Shown: positions 19,634 to 30,386, counted from the stretch's first letter. The stretch: 64,000 nucleotides of DNA from Actinomycetes bacterium (GCA_037131045.1 JBAXRV010000001.1:48639-112638); one strand, 5' to 3'. The notes: a model not told the origin generated them from the letters alone. Made by a program: numbers and translations.

Positions 19634-21085
19634 CTATAACCCAACTTCAACTTCAGAAATTCCGCCCTGCCAACTGCCATTTGCAGCTTGCGGTACATGG
19701 GTGAGCCAGACCAGCACGTAGCGTCCGGATACGGCCTTGTCGGAACTTATTGTGATCTTGGTGTCAGCGGATTCAACGCTGCCAAAAGGTGTTGCGGCCG
19801 CGGTGTCAGGCGTTGGCGAATCCCCGACGAAAATTGAGGCCGAGTTGCCTTGTGCGCTGAAAGTAATTGTCACGCTACTAACTTCTTGCGAGGTACCTAA
19901 GTCAAGCAGCAGACCCACGCCTGGCTTGCCTGCCATGTTGCTTTGTTGATAGTTCACAGTCGGCCATGACGTAGTCAGGTCCCCATCGATAGCAAGTTTG
20001 GTCTTGTCAGGATTTTCGGTTTGGTCCCCAAAAGGGTCGTAGTCCGTAGCTGCAACAACTGTTGCCATCGAAGGTCCCTCGGATGGTGAAGGAAAGGCAG
20101 TAATCGCAGGTAACGGATCTAAAACAATCGCAACAGGGACATCTTTAGTAGAAGAATTACGAGTGAGCAGTTGCCAGCCTGTCCAACCAAAAATCAGAAC
20201 GCATACCATCGCAATAGTCGTGGCTCGAAGCCTGTGTGATTTTGATTCCGAGGCGCCATGCCACGTTACAGAATGTGTGGTGAGCCGACTCAGTGAAGTA
20301 GATTTCTCATCGATTGTTTCCACGATTCCCACGCTGAGTGCACTAATCACATCCCGCATAGTGGCAAGCCCGCCATTTTGAGTTTGCTGATAAATGGCAT
20401 CGATACTGGATGAAATTCCGCTTGTCACCATGCTGGGTACCAGATCGTTACCCGCGAATCCAGCAGCGGGTAAGTTATCTTGGCTGCCATGTGGCCAGGT
20501 TCCAGTCACCATGCAAAAAAGCAAATTACCTAAGCCCCGAATGTCAGCGATTTCACCATCAGCATTGTCTGCGCCAAGGATTGCACTTTCCACACCAAAG
20601 CCGGTGACTCGAATTTCTTGGGAGTCACCAAATACGATGTTGTGCGCACGCAGTCGAGCGTGGTGAAGTCCTTGGCCATGAACCTGCTCAAGAGTTCGGG
20701 CAATCGAGGTTGTGAGTGCCAGAGCTTGACTTGGGTCGATCAGCTCTTGGCTAAGAAGCAGGCGTTGATCAAGTGATTGTCCTTCGACCCATTCAACGAC
20801 AACACCAAGGAAATTTTCTGTTGCGGACACATTAGGCATGCCCTCGAGCGTGCTGCCGTCAATGACGTCGATCACAGTGACAACATTGCGATCGCTGATA
20901 CGGGAGATACTGAGCGCCGCTTCACGGAACGTTTCAGATCTGGCGTCAGAAACGGGGAGTAGGTAAAGGCACACCCACCTGCGCAGCACTTGATCCATGG
21001 CTCGCCACATGGGGATACCTACTACTGAGGTGATTTGAACGTCTAACGCGTAACGTCGAGCGAAGAGTCGTCCCCCATATTCCAT
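19634..21085 (-). CDS. Membrane-anchored pseudokinase with an extracellular discoidin/F5-8-type-C-like domain (counterpart of the M. tuberculosis MviN C-terminal module)
   Basis: The N-terminal half has a kinase-like fold but no GxGxxG and no VAIK Lys. HRD reads HAR (GLHHARLRAHNIVF) and DFG reads GFG. There is one TM segment (ATTIAMVCVLIFGWTGWQLL). The C-terminus has DGDLTTSW...GRYVLVWL...GGISEVEV. Confidence 0.7.
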   Translation of the reverse strand: MEYGGRLFARRYALDVQITSVVGIPMWRAMDQVLRRWVCLYLLPVSDARSETFREAALSISRISDRNVVTVIDVIDGSTLEGMPNVSATENFLGVVVEWVEGQSLDQRLLLSQELIDPSQALALTTSIARTLEQVHGQGLHHARLRAHNIVFGDSQEIRVTGFGVESAILGADNADGEIADIRGLGNLLFCMVTGTWPHGSQDNLPAAGFAGNDLVPSMVTSGISSSIDAIYQQTQNGGLATMRDVISALSVGIVETIDEKSTSLSRLTTHSVTWHGASESKSHRLRATTIAMVCVLIFGWTGWQLLTRNSSTKDVPVAIVLDPLPAITAFPSPSEGPSMATVVAATDYDPFGDQTENPDKTKLAIDGDLTTSWPTVNYQQSNMAGKPGVGLLLDLGTSQEVSSVTITFSAQGNSASIFVGDSPTPDTAAATPFGSVESADTKITISSDKAVSGRYVLVWLTHVPQAANGSWQGGISEVEVGL

Positions 21086-21103
21086 AGCGATAACCCTACC
21101 AAC

Positions 21104-22717
21104 CTAAGCACGCCGCACGAATCTTCTTAGCTCAGCGACCTCACTGACATTCATGGTTGAGGCTAAAGCAATGTAACAGGCGAAGAAGATCACACCGCAC
21201 GCAGCAACATCTACAACCGTCATAGAGAAACTCAGATCACCCAACAGATGCTTAAATCCGAGGTGGGCCACAGTGCTGACTATCGCGGCAAGGCTAGCTG
21301 CAAGAAAGACCCGCACCAGGTGACGCACTACTTCGAAGGAAGACAGAGCACCAAACCGGGCACTCACACGAAGCCAAGTGACGCATGCAGTGATTGTGTA
21401 TGCCACTGAATAAGCAAGGGCGAGTACAGCGATTTTAAGATCCTGACCGACGAAATGAAAGGCGGTCACCCCAATACCAATGTGTAGCAAGTTGAATCCA
21501 AAATTGATAAAGAAAGGCGTACGAGTGTTTTCCTGCGCATAGTAACTGCGAAGCAACACATAAAAAATTGAAAAAGCTGGAAGCCCCAAGGCAAACATTG
21601 ATGCAACCAGACCAACGGCTTGACCTTGCACCTGTGTTGAAGCTCCATGCCCATAAAGGATGACGCCCAGCCGAGGTCCAGTTATGAAGAGAAAAAGCGC
21701 GCAGGGAACTATTAGAGCAATGACTAATCGAACCGAAGTCAACATTTCAGCCCCGAAAGAATTCAAGTCACCGTCATGTGACTGTCGACTAAGTCGCGGA
21801 AGTAAAGATGTAATCAGTGACACAGTAATGATGGAATGCGGAAGCATCATCATCAACTGTGCTTTTTGATACGACGTGAAGCCGTTTGCAACTTGACCTG
21901 TGTTGGCAGCTACAACGTTGGCATAAGTTGTGAGGTTAGAAATAATGAGAAAACTGATTTGATTAATTAGTACAAACCCGATGGTCCATGAAGCTAAGTT
22001 ACGCACCTGGCCAAGTCCAGAATTTTTGAAATCAAATCGGGGACTAAACGCATATCCACTTCGCCACATTGTCGGTATCAAGATTGCGGCTTGAAGAACA
22101 ACCCCCAATGTCGTACCCGCGCCAAGCAACGTGATCTGTGAACTCGTTATTGATGTCGTCGTGGGCTGGGCATGTGTGGCTGACATAAATGCCATGGCCG
22201 TTGCTATAACAACGAGATTATTAACAATCGGTGCGAACATTGGCACGACAAAGACATCACGAGAGTTCAATACTTGCGTGACAACGGTGTAGATGCCATA
22301 AAAGAAAATTTGGGGCAAGCACCACAGCGCGAAAACTGTAGCGACATGATGGTCAGCGGCAGCCCACGAGGAAGTTGAATATATTCTGATTATCTGACTA
22401 GCGAAAATCAGCGACAGCAACACGATCGCAACTAGGACAAGACCAATCAGGGTCAGTAAGCGATCGGTGAATTCCTTTCCCCCATCGGAGTCATCTTGCA
22501 TGTGTCGCACCAGTGCCGGAATAAATACCGCATTGATTGCACCACCGGCAATCAGGATGTAGATGATGTTTGGAATCGAATTGGCAACAGAGTAGGTGTC
22601 GGAAAAGACGCTGGTTCCAATGGCAGCAATGAGTGCAATATCGCGCACAATTCCAGTCAGGCGGCTAAATGACGTGCCTAGTGCCATTCCTGATGTGTTG
22701 CCCACTCGTGAGCTCAT
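21104..22717 (-). CDS. murJ: Lipid II flippase MurJ (MviN)
   Basis: The 537-aa polytopic membrane protein has a MurJ-type N-terminus (SRLTGIVRDIALIAAIG). Confidence 0.9.
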   Translation of the reverse strand: MSSRVGNTSGMALGTSFSRLTGIVRDIALIAAIGTSVFSDTYSVANSIPNIIYILIAGGAINAVFIPALVRHMQDDSDGGKEFTDRLLTLIGLVLVAIVLLSLIFASQIIRIYSTSSWAAADHHVATVFALWCLPQIFFYGIYTVVTQVLNSRDVFVVPMFAPIVNNLVVIATAMAFMSATHAQPTTTSITSSQITLLGAGTTLGVVLQAAILIPTMWRSGYAFSPRFDFKNSGLGQVRNLASWTIGFVLINQISFLIISNLTTYANVVAANTGQVANGFTSYQKAQLMMMLPHSIITVSLITSLLPRLSRQSHDGDLNSFGAEMLTSVRLVIALIVPCALFLFITGPRLGVILYGHGASTQVQGQAVGLVASMFALGLPAFSIFYVLLRSYYAQENTRTPFFINFGFNLLHIGIGVTAFHFVGQDLKIAVLALAYSVAYTITACVTWLRVSARFGALSSFEVVRHLVRVFLAASLAAIVSTVAHLGFKHLLGDLSFSMTVVDVAACGVIFFACYIALASTMNVSEVAELRRFVRRA

Positions 22718-22720
22718 TGG

Positions 22721-24604
22721 CTAGTCACTGTCCCTCATCCGTCGCTTTCGTAATGTGTTCAGTACTAAAACGAGCAAAAGCCCAAAAGCACCCCAAACCA
22801 GAGTACGTGCGAATGCAAGGTATGCATTGGATGAGATCGTCAGGAACACCGGTTTTCCGTAAGTGTCGCCCGAGCTAGTGATAAGTCGAGCTACTGCAGG
22901 TACCGATCCAACTCCGGGAACTGTAATGGGAACCGCAATAGTTTGTCGCTTACCCGCGGCCACCACAATTTCCTGAGTGAGGTTACTTCGTAGCCGAGCG
23001 GGATTTAGACCCTGCAGCGAGACTGAAATTTTGGCGTCGTGATTGGAATCGTTCACGACAGTGATTGGCAATTGAGCCTGGGCCCCACTGATGCTCACAT
23101 GTGCTGACGTTTCGATATAGAGAGCGTCGGACAACTTTGTTGCTTGGCTTAAGTAAGCACGCAAAAAATTATTAGTATGACTATCGTCAATCCAGAAGTC
23201 ACACAGCGAAACCAACGCAGCAGTGTGAAAATCTGCACTCAAGTTATTGTCTGCATACACATTTGAAAGAGCATCGCTAGCAAGATTTATCTCATGCACT
23301 AGAGAGATGGTTTCGTTTCCATACTTTGTGGGCACGTTGTTCACGGGGAGTCGTGGCAAATCTTGTGCAGGTGTACTCGTCAGTGCGGCCAGATTGACTA
23401 GGGAAAATGCCGAACTGCTCTGCAAGGTGGTAGTCAGTTCCTGAAGCAGTTCGTTATCTGCTTCCCATAAAGCTGGGGTGACTACCAATATTGATCGAGA
23501 AGTACTGGGCGACTCGGAAGTTGTCATTGCAAGCTGACTAGTTATACAACGTGCTTGCAAGAATGCTGATGCGAAGTTCATTTCTAGGCACTGCGAAATG
23601 CCGTCATCGTTAACTAAATATTCAACCTTGTTTGATGTTGTTAATGCCGAACTGGTAATCAATGGATTACCGGCTGTGATCGAATTTCCTGTGATTATGT
23701 GCAACGAGGGATAATGCGACAATGCCTGAAAAGTTGGTGCATCTATTTCGGCATCACCACTCATGTAATACGTTTTTCGGTCGCCTAACGCGCTCCCTAT
23801 GGAAGCTGTCATCCCTGATGCCGCCATTCGACTGAGGTCGACATGTGCGAATGGTAAAAAGGCCGTGTCACTGTGTTCAGCAAGCCTTTGAGATATAGCG
23901 GATGCAAGGCTGGAATGGTCAGTGTCAGAAAAAGTGCTGAGCCATTGAGTGAGCATTGGGTCTTGCAACCAGGACATAGCAGCCAATTGACTAGTCAGTA
24001 AGTCAAGGCGCTCGAGTTCGTGACTATCAATTGGGGAAACAGACTCACCAATTCTGTGGTGAGAAAGAGTCGAGAGTTGCACCGCCATTGTCACATGGGT
24101 TTGATTCAATTCTGGAAAATTCGAAAACGACCAGTCGGGCACCACAGTGTGATCCGAGGTACCGTGCAGCTGCGCACCGAAACCGAATACCCCGAAACTG
24201 TTTTGCGCAGTGACCTGGTTGCGATCGAAAGTGAGATTAGTTGTTGTTGATTGACCTGGAGCAAGGTTGAATTGCCTACTCACTATTTGGGGATGAGTAA
24301 TGGTTGCGGGAATGTAGTCACCCTTGATTAAATCCCACAGCGCTGTGCGAGTGGGAAGTGCCGCAGTTGTCACTAGTTCCAGATGGCTGGCCAACGTTTG
24401 ACTCTGGGAGGTATTCGTGACCTTTACAGTCATCACTGTTTGCCTGCTGTGCGCCGAGTCCGACGCCAGACCTGTGCGCAGTTGAATAATCTCAAGGGCA
24501 GACACTGAAGGGTTAGCCGCTTGGACTGACTCCAGTGGAGAAAACGACAGTATTAATAGCAATCCCGCCACGGCCCAGGATTTCAAGAATGACTGCGGCC
24601 TCAT
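22721..24604 (-). CDS. DUF6049-like secreted/membrane-anchored protein (Rv3909-like)
   Basis: This large ORF lies upstream of murJ. It has a signal peptide from M28 (MRPQSFLKSWAVAGLLLILSFSPLESVQA) and a C-terminal TM plus basic tail. I chose the start at 24604, because the track start at 24685 would overlap cca. Confidence 0.6.
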   Translation of the reverse strand: MRPQSFLKSWAVAGLLLILSFSPLESVQAANPSVSALEIIQLRTGLASDSAHSRQTVMTVKVTNTSQSQTLASHLELVTTAALPTRTALWDLIKGDYIPATITHPQIVSRQFNLAPGQSTTTNLTFDRNQVTAQNSFGVFGFGAQLHGTSDHTVVPDWSFSNFPELNQTHVTMAVQLSTLSHHRIGESVSPIDSHELERLDLLTSQLAAMSWLQDPMLTQWLSTFSDTDHSSLASAISQRLAEHSDTAFLPFAHVDLSRMAASGMTASIGSALGDRKTYYMSGDAEIDAPTFQALSHYPSLHIITGNSITAGNPLITSSALTTSNKVEYLVNDDGISQCLEMNFASAFLQARCITSQLAMTTSESPSTSRSILVVTPALWEADNELLQELTTTLQSSSAFSLVNLAALTSTPAQDLPRLPVNNVPTKYGNETISLVHEINLASDALSNVYADNNLSADFHTAALVSLCDFWIDDSHTNNFLRAYLSQATKLSDALYIETSAHVSISGAQAQLPITVVNDSNHDAKISVSLQGLNPARLRSNLTQEIVVAAGKRQTIAVPITVPGVGSVPAVARLITSSGDTYGKPVFLTISSNAYLAFARTLVWGAFGLLLVLVLNTLRKRRMRDSD

Positions 24605-24668
24605 AATCGTTAAGGATACTTGGCGATTTCCTAGACAAGCGCCGATTACATCTAGGCTAGAGCCCGAG

Positions 24669-26111
24669 ATGAGCAACGAATCCACTCCTGAATTGATTGC
24701 AACCCAGGTTGTTACTGATGCAATCGGTCACATGCCTGCCGTCATGGAACTCGGTGAATTATTTGCTGCTCATAATGAATCGCTGGCCCTAGTTGGCGGC
24801 CCAATCCGGGATCTGCTGCTTAATCGTGCGATGCATGATTTTGACTTCACAACGAGTGCTATCCCAGACCAAATCATTGCGATTGTGAAACCGTGGGCCG
24901 ATACCGTCTGGGACGTAGGAATTGAGTTCGGCACCGTTGGTGTGCGTAAGGGTGCCTTTCACGCTGAGATCACAACTTTTCGCGCGGAGCACTATGACAA
25001 CGAAAGCCGAAAGCCGCACGTCTCTTTCGGCACAGACCTAGCTGGGGATTTGTTGCGTCGCGACTTCACAATCAATGCGATGGCAGTGACGTTGCCACAG
25101 CTCGAGTTTGTCGACCTATTCGGCGGCGTCACTGATTTACTCAAACAATATATTCGCACGCCACGAGAAGCAGAGTTGTCATTCTCCGATGACCCGCTGC
25201 GCATGATGCGGGCAGCACGCTTTGCTAGCCAACTAAGTTTCACTCCGGTAGCCGATGTTGTAATAGCGGCTACCGATATGGCAAATCGTATTTCAATTAT
25301 TTCCGCTGAACGAGTACGTGATGAATTATCAAAACTTTTACTTGGCGCAAATCCACGATCTGGCCTTGAATTTCTGGAAGGCACTGGGCTTGCGCAAATC
25401 GTATTGCCAGAACTCCCAGCACTTCAGTTAGAAATTGATGAACATCATAGACATAAGGATGTGTACGAACACAGCGTCATAGTTTTAGAACAAGCAATTG
25501 CACTGGAAAAAAATCATGAACCAGAGTGTGAACCTGATTTAGTTTTACGGCTTGCAGCATTACTGCACGATATTGGAAAACCTAAAACGCGCAAATTTGA
25601 AAGCGGTGGCGGTGTGAGTTTCCATCATCATGAAGTTGTTGGCGCCAAGATTGCTAAGAAGCGACTCGTGGCGCTGCGGTTCTCGAATGACGTCGTAGAT
25701 GATGTTGTGAAACTTATTGAATTGCATTTGCGCTTTCATGGCTACGGTGATGGTCAATGGACTGACTCTGCTGTGCGCCGATATGTCAGGGATGCAGGTG
25801 ATCAACTAAATCGGTTGCACAAACTCACTCGTGCTGACTGCACTACTCGAAATCAACGACGAGCTCTGTTACTGGCTGCTACATATGATGACCTTGAAGA
25901 GCGCATCGCTGTGCTACTTGAGCAAGAAGAGCTCAATGCCTTGCGCCCCGACCTCAATGGCGCGGACATCATGGAGATCCTAGGTATTTCCCCAGGTCGT
26001 GATGTTGGACGTGCGTATGACTACATGATGAACGTTCGTTTAGATCAAGGTCCGTTGGATCGCCAAGAGGCAATAAAAATATTGCAGTCCTGGTGGGCTG
26101 ACCAGAAATAG
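24669..26111 (+). CDS. cca: CCA tRNA nucleotidyltransferase (PcnA-type, with HD domain)
   Basis: The ORF has the Pol-beta nucleotidyltransferase motif GGPIRDLLLNR...DFDFTT, RRDFTINAM and the HD region LLHDIGKP. Confidence 0.88.
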   Translation: MSNESTPELIATQVVTDAIGHMPAVMELGELFAAHNESLALVGGPIRDLLLNRAMHDFDFTTSAIPDQIIAIVKPWADTVWDVGIEFGTVGVRKGAFHAEITTFRAEHYDNESRKPHVSFGTDLAGDLLRRDFTINAMAVTLPQLEFVDLFGGVTDLLKQYIRTPREAELSFSDDPLRMMRAARFASQLSFTPVADVVIAATDMANRISIISAERVRDELSKLLLGANPRSGLEFLEGTGLAQIVLPELPALQLEIDEHHRHKDVYEHSVIVLEQAIALEKNHEPECEPDLVLRLAALLHDIGKPKTRKFESGGGVSFHHHEVVGAKIAKKRLVALRFSNDVVDDVVKLIELHLRFHGYGDGQWTDSAVRRYVRDAGDQLNRLHKLTRADCTTRNQRRALLLAATYDDLEERIAVLLEQEELNALRPDLNGADIMEILGISPGRDVGRAYDYMMNVRLDQGPLDRQEAIKILQSWWADQK

Positions 26112-26112
26112 G

Positions 26113-27429
26113 TCAGTTGTTTGCTTGCCGCGATGACGTACTTGCGCGCTGCACCAAAAAAGCGCAAAGTACTAACGCTGCGCTCACAATGAGCACGGTG
26201 GGAATCGTCTTTTCGCGAATACCAGAACTAAGAGCATAAAGACTGATGCCGCTAACAATGGAAACATTGATCACCATATCAAATATAGAAAAGACTCTGC
26301 CGCGGTGTTCATCGTCAATGTTTTGTTGTACTGAAGTGTCAGCTGAGATCTTAAGAAACTGTCCCGCAAATGCCAGGACGAACGCCGTAGCGAATGCGGA
26401 TACCTTATTGTGCGAGTACAGCAGCAATGCTGAAAGCGGAGCACTGGTTGCAGTCACAACTAACGAAGTGCGAATCAGTTTTGTGTGTTTGAAAGTTCGA
26501 GTTCCGGGTGTATCTGCAAGAACTGAAGCACTGATCAGTGCCGCGGCGACCGCACCCAAAGCGGCGCAACCGGCAGCAATGCCAAAGTCGGTAACGGCGG
26601 AATCAGGTTTTGATGCTGGATTCCAAATACTTCGGGATAGCAACAAAATGTGAACAGTCAGCACACCAAACGCAAATCGTTGGCAAGCCACGGCAGCCAT
26701 GGAACGAATTGAGATGGCTGAATTGCGCAGAACTCGATATCCGTCAATGAGTCCCGCGTAAACATTTCCTATTGCCTCACGCACGCGAGCCTCTTGAGAA
26801 TGTGGACCTAGAAGTTGTGGCGGTGAAATGGAGGCCCCAATAAAGCTGGCGCTTAATGCCAGTCCCGCAGCACACACAATGAGACCGGCATTGACGGTGT
26901 CGCTATTGCTGAGAATTTTCTGAGTCGCAATTCCGCATGCCGCAGATACTGAGGCAAACATTGTTCCAGCAGTCGGGAACAGCGCATTGGCTGTAACGAG
27001 CTGATCCCCATCTACAACATGTGGAATGGAAGCCGACAGGGCCGCTTGGACAAAGCGATTAATTCCCAAACTCAGAAGTACAAGCAAGGCCAAAGTTGAG
27101 TTTGCTGAATGATGCGTGACCACGAGTGCGATGCACACCATCGTGATAGCTCGAAGCAGGTTAGCTCGGATCAAAATTCCGCGTCGAGACCATCGGTCAA
27201 TAAATATGCCTACGAATGGGCCGACAACGGAGTAAGGAACTAGAAGTATGGCAAAAGCTAGTGCGATTCGCTTCGGGTCAGCCTCGCGCTGCGGTGAAAA
27301 CAGAACGAAGGTCGCCAAGGCGGTTTGTAGCAGGCCGTCGCCTGCTTGTCCGAATACCCGCACTCCAAAGAGTCGGCGGGCATTTCTGGGCCGGAAAACT
27401 GCAGTGATTCTGGCGCTGGCGAAGGACAC
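26113..27429 (-). CDS. MFS transporter, substrate unknown
   Basis: The 438-aa ORF has about 12 TM segments and the motif FIDRWSRRG. Confidence 0.75.
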   Translation of the reverse strand: MSFASARITAVFRPRNARRLFGVRVFGQAGDGLLQTALATFVLFSPQREADPKRIALAFAILLVPYSVVGPFVGIFIDRWSRRGILIRANLLRAITMVCIALVVTHHSANSTLALLVLLSLGINRFVQAALSASIPHVVDGDQLVTANALFPTAGTMFASVSAACGIATQKILSNSDTVNAGLIVCAAGLALSASFIGASISPPQLLGPHSQEARVREAIGNVYAGLIDGYRVLRNSAISIRSMAAVACQRFAFGVLTVHILLLSRSIWNPASKPDSAVTDFGIAAGCAALGAVAAALISASVLADTPGTRTFKHTKLIRTSLVVTATSAPLSALLLYSHNKVSAFATAFVLAFAGQFLKISADTSVQQNIDDEHRGRVFSIFDMVINVSIVSGISLYALSSGIREKTIPTVLIVSAALVLCAFLVQRASTSSRQANN

Positions 27430-27464
27430 ATCTTCACACTACTGTCACAGTGCGTTGCAGGCGA

Positions 27465-28577
27465 CTAACTGAACGGGTTAGCTGCTCTACCTTCAGTACT
27501 GAGCAAGACCACCACGCTGTTTTGCGTCAGTCCCATATCGAAGCGCGATCCAGGTACCTGCAACGCACTCCTTACGCCCGCAAGAGTTGCTGCTCCGCAA
27601 GGACCGGCATCAATGTCAAGGTCATGCAATGTTGCAAGCGCTGCACGTGTGTCATCATCCGATATTGCAATAGCGGCATCAACGCCAGCTCTGTGTACTG
27701 GCCATGAATCACTCGAAGGAGTCCCGCAATTCATCCCCGACATAATTGTGACTCCGGTATCGACCGAAGTGAGCTCCTCATGTTGCAGTGAGGCTAGAAC
27801 ACATGCAGCAGCAGTAGGTTCGATGCTGAGTACAACGGGTCGTGAAAGTGCATTCCCGCGATAGTGCGAGACAACGGAATGAAGAAACGATCCCACACCC
27901 ACAGGTACAGCAACTAAATCAACAGGAGCGCTCCCCATGTCAAGTAGCTGTTGATCAACTTCGACGCACATGGTTGCGTAGCCATCGATAATCCATTGCG
28001 GGATATCTTCATAGCCAGGCCAAGACATATCTTGAACATGGATACTGGTTGTAATCGAATGAGTAATGTCGCGGGCTCGCAATACTGCGTCGTCGTAAGT
28101 TCCATCGATAACTTCAACGCCGGCACCCTCGCCGCACACATTATCAATTGCTTGATCACTGACTCCGCGCGGAATAACAATGAAGCATTCCAGATCAAGT
28201 AGTTTCGCCATGTGTGCCACTGCACGACCGTGATTTCCGTCGGTCGCGGCAATAAGTGTTGGCGGCGCTTCGCGGTTAATGCCACTGGCGACCTGTGCCA
28301 GAGATGTTGGTGTGTCACCATCTGTGAGCGCACGAGCAACCGCCCATGAGGCACCTAATATTTTGAAGGCACTCAGGTCTAATCGACTCGACTCATCCTT
28401 GACGAATACTCGACCAACGCTCAATTCCGAAGCTATAGACGGAACTTCAATCAGTGGAGTGGGCGCGTAGTTGTTCAGGCTTTGATGAAAAGCCGCAACA
28501 GATCGTGATGATGGAGCAGCAGTCCACTCACGCGCTCTTGGATTCGAGTACCACACGTCATTAAGTGTAGGTGACAT
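27465..28577 (-). CDS. PLP-dependent enzyme, diaminopropionate ammonia-lyase family
   Basis: The ORF carries FHQSLNNYAPTPLIE, VKDESSRLDLSAFKILGASWA (PLP lysine) and IAATDGNHGRAVAHMA, closely resembling YgeX-type lyases. Confidence 0.7.
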   Translation of the reverse strand: MSPTLNDVWYSNPRAREWTAAPSSRSVAAFHQSLNNYAPTPLIEVPSIASELSVGRVFVKDESSRLDLSAFKILGASWAVARALTDGDTPTSLAQVASGINREAPPTLIAATDGNHGRAVAHMAKLLDLECFIVIPRGVSDQAIDNVCGEGAGVEVIDGTYDDAVLRARDITHSITTSIHVQDMSWPGYEDIPQWIIDGYATMCVEVDQQLLDMGSAPVDLVAVPVGVGSFLHSVVSHYRGNALSRPVVLSIEPTAAACVLASLQHEELTSVDTGVTIMSGMNCGTPSSDSWPVHRAGVDAAIAISDDDTRAALATLHDLDIDAGPCGAATLAGVRSALQVPGSRFDMGLTQNSVVVLLSTEGRAANPFS

Positions 28578-28578
28578 A

Positions 28579-28615
28579 GAAATGCCGGACTCAAAAAAAC
28601 TGAGTCCGGCATTTC
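28579..28615 (-). terminator. Perfect 15-bp stem-loop between ino1 and the downstream lyase gene
   Basis: The sequence is GAAATGCCGGACTCA-(7 nt)-TGAGTCCGGCATTTC. There is no U-tract on the minus strand, and the stem ends 1 nt before the ATG at 28577. Its function (terminator, RNA stabiliser or translation block) is unresolved. Confidence 0.4.
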
Positions 28616-28626
28616 TTTAAGGAGTC

Positions 28627-29706
28627 TTAAATGCTTGCTTTGCCTGCAATGAAGTCTTCAACTTCGTTCTTGCATTTTGTATCGTCATACTGCACTGGCG
28701 GGCTCTTCATGAAGTAGCTCGATGCCGACAGGATTGGTCCACCAATTCCGCGGTCCTTGGCAATCTTGCAGGCACGAATCGCATCGATGATGACACCGGC
28801 GGAGTTCGGCGAATCCCATACTTCAAGCTTGTATTCCAGGCTCAGTGGCACATCGCCGAATGCGCGACCTTCGAGGCGAACGAACGCCCACTTGCGGTCA
28901 TCTAACCAGGCAACGTAGTCACTTGGACCGATGTGCACATTACGATCTGAGATTTCATCACGTAACTGGGAAGTTACGGACTGAGTCTTTGAGATCTTCT
29001 TGGATTCCAAACGCTCGCGCTCCAACATGTTCATAAAGTCCATGTTTCCGCCAACGTTAAGTTGGTAGGTGCGATCGACGGTGACGCCACGATCTTCAAA
29101 AAGTTTGGCAAGAACTCGGTGCGTGATTGTGGCACCAACTTGGCTCTTGATGTCATCACCAACAATGGGAACGCCAGCATCCGCAAACTTAGCAGCCCAT
29201 TCGGGATTGCTTGCGATGAATACAGGCAGCGCGTTGACGAAGCCAACACCGGCATCAATTGCACACTGTGCGTAGTACTTTGCCGCGTGCTCTGATCCCA
29301 CAGGTAAGTAGCACACCATCACATCAACCTTGCGCTCTTTGAGAGTCGCAACGATATCTGCTGCTGCTTCGTCGGATTCAACAATTGTCTGGCTGTAGTA
29401 CTTGCCTAAGCCATCAAGTGTCACTCCGCGTTGAACTGCAACATCGTAAGGGGGAACGTCGCTGAACTTGATGGTGTTGTTTTCGCTAGCGAAGATCGCG
29501 GCAGATAAGTCCTGGCCGACTTTCTTTGCATCAACATCAAATGCGGCAACGAACTTTACGTCGCGTACATGGTACGGACCGAATTGAACGTGCATCAATC
29601 CTGGGACAGATGCTTCTGGATTTGCATCTTTGTAGTACTCGATGCCTTGTACCAATGACGAGGCACAGTTACCTACGCCAACGATGGCTACTCTAATTTC
29701 ACTCAC
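28627..29706 (-). CDS. ino1: myo-Inositol-1-phosphate synthase
   Basis: The 359-aa ORF has the N-terminus [20 protein letters not shown] and GPSDYV, and an AAGGAG SD. Confidence 0.93.
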   Translation of the reverse strand: MSEIRVAIVGVGNCASSLVQGIEYYKDANPEASVPGLMHVQFGPYHVRDVKFVAAFDVDAKKVGQDLSAAIFASENNTIKFSDVPPYDVAVQRGVTLDGLGKYYSQTIVESDEAAADIVATLKERKVDVMVCYLPVGSEHAAKYYAQCAIDAGVGFVNALPVFIASNPEWAAKFADAGVPIVGDDIKSQVGATITHRVLAKLFEDRGVTVDRTYQLNVGGNMDFMNMLERERLESKKISKTQSVTSQLRDEISDRNVHIGPSDYVAWLDDRKWAFVRLEGRAFGDVPLSLEYKLEVWDSPNSAGVIIDAIRACKIAKDRGIGGPILSASSYFMKSPPVQYDDTKCKNEVEDFIAGKASI

Positions 29707-29746
29707 TTTTCGACTCCTTGTTGACAGTGAATTTCTTACAAAACCG

Positions 29747-30373
29747 TTATTCGTTACTTGCGTTTATTTTTAGTCGACTTGATCGTGCCCGAAGTGCATC
29801 TCGAGTTGGCGAACCATTAGTCGCCATACCACCCGCTTCTTCGCGCGAGATTAGTTCGCCTAGCCAGGCAACTTCACGCTCGAGCGCATCGAGACCGTGT
29901 TGTTGCAGTTCAAGCGTGTAAGCATCAAGTCGTTCCCGACCCTTTGCCAAGTTGCTGCGCATTTGATCAAGTCGATCTTCAAGTCGACGTCGACGCCCCT
30001 GCAAAATGTGCAAGCGTGTGTCAGCGGCTGTTTGACCAAACAATGCAATGCGCACTGCGAAAATCTCGTCTTCCCAGGAACCAGAGCCATCATCTGCGAC
30101 TAGCGAATTGAAATACTCGACACCAACTGGAGTCAGGGCATAAACAATGCGATTGCGCTTGGGGTACACAGCAGTAGGACTTGCGTCTTGTTCTGCGATG
30201 TACCCGCGTGTGACAAGTGACTTCAGCGTTGGGTAAAGCGCTCCGTATGAAATTGTCGTGAACAGTCCGAGCACAGAGACCAGACGTTTGCGTAGCTCGT
30301 AGCCATGCTGCGGACTCTCGGTGAGAACCCCAAGCACTGCTAATTCGAGCGCCGCTGAGCGTTTGGCTGCCAT
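29747..30373 (-). CDS. PadR family transcriptional regulator (Rv0047c / InoR-like)
   Basis: The ORF has the winged helix [22 protein letters not shown] chose the ATG at 30373 because AGGAGG lies 4 nt upstream. Confidence 0.85.
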   Translation of the reverse strand: MAAKRSAALELAVLGVLTESPQHGYELRKRLVSVLGLFTTISYGALYPTLKSLVTRGYIAEQDASPTAVYPKRNRIVYALTPVGVEYFNSLVADDGSGSWEDEIFAVRIALFGQTAADTRLHILQGRRRRLEDRLDQMRSNLAKGRERLDAYTLELQQHGLDALEREVAWLGELISREEAGGMATNGSPTRDALRARSSRLKINASNE

Positions 30374-30386
30374 GGCACCTCCTGTT

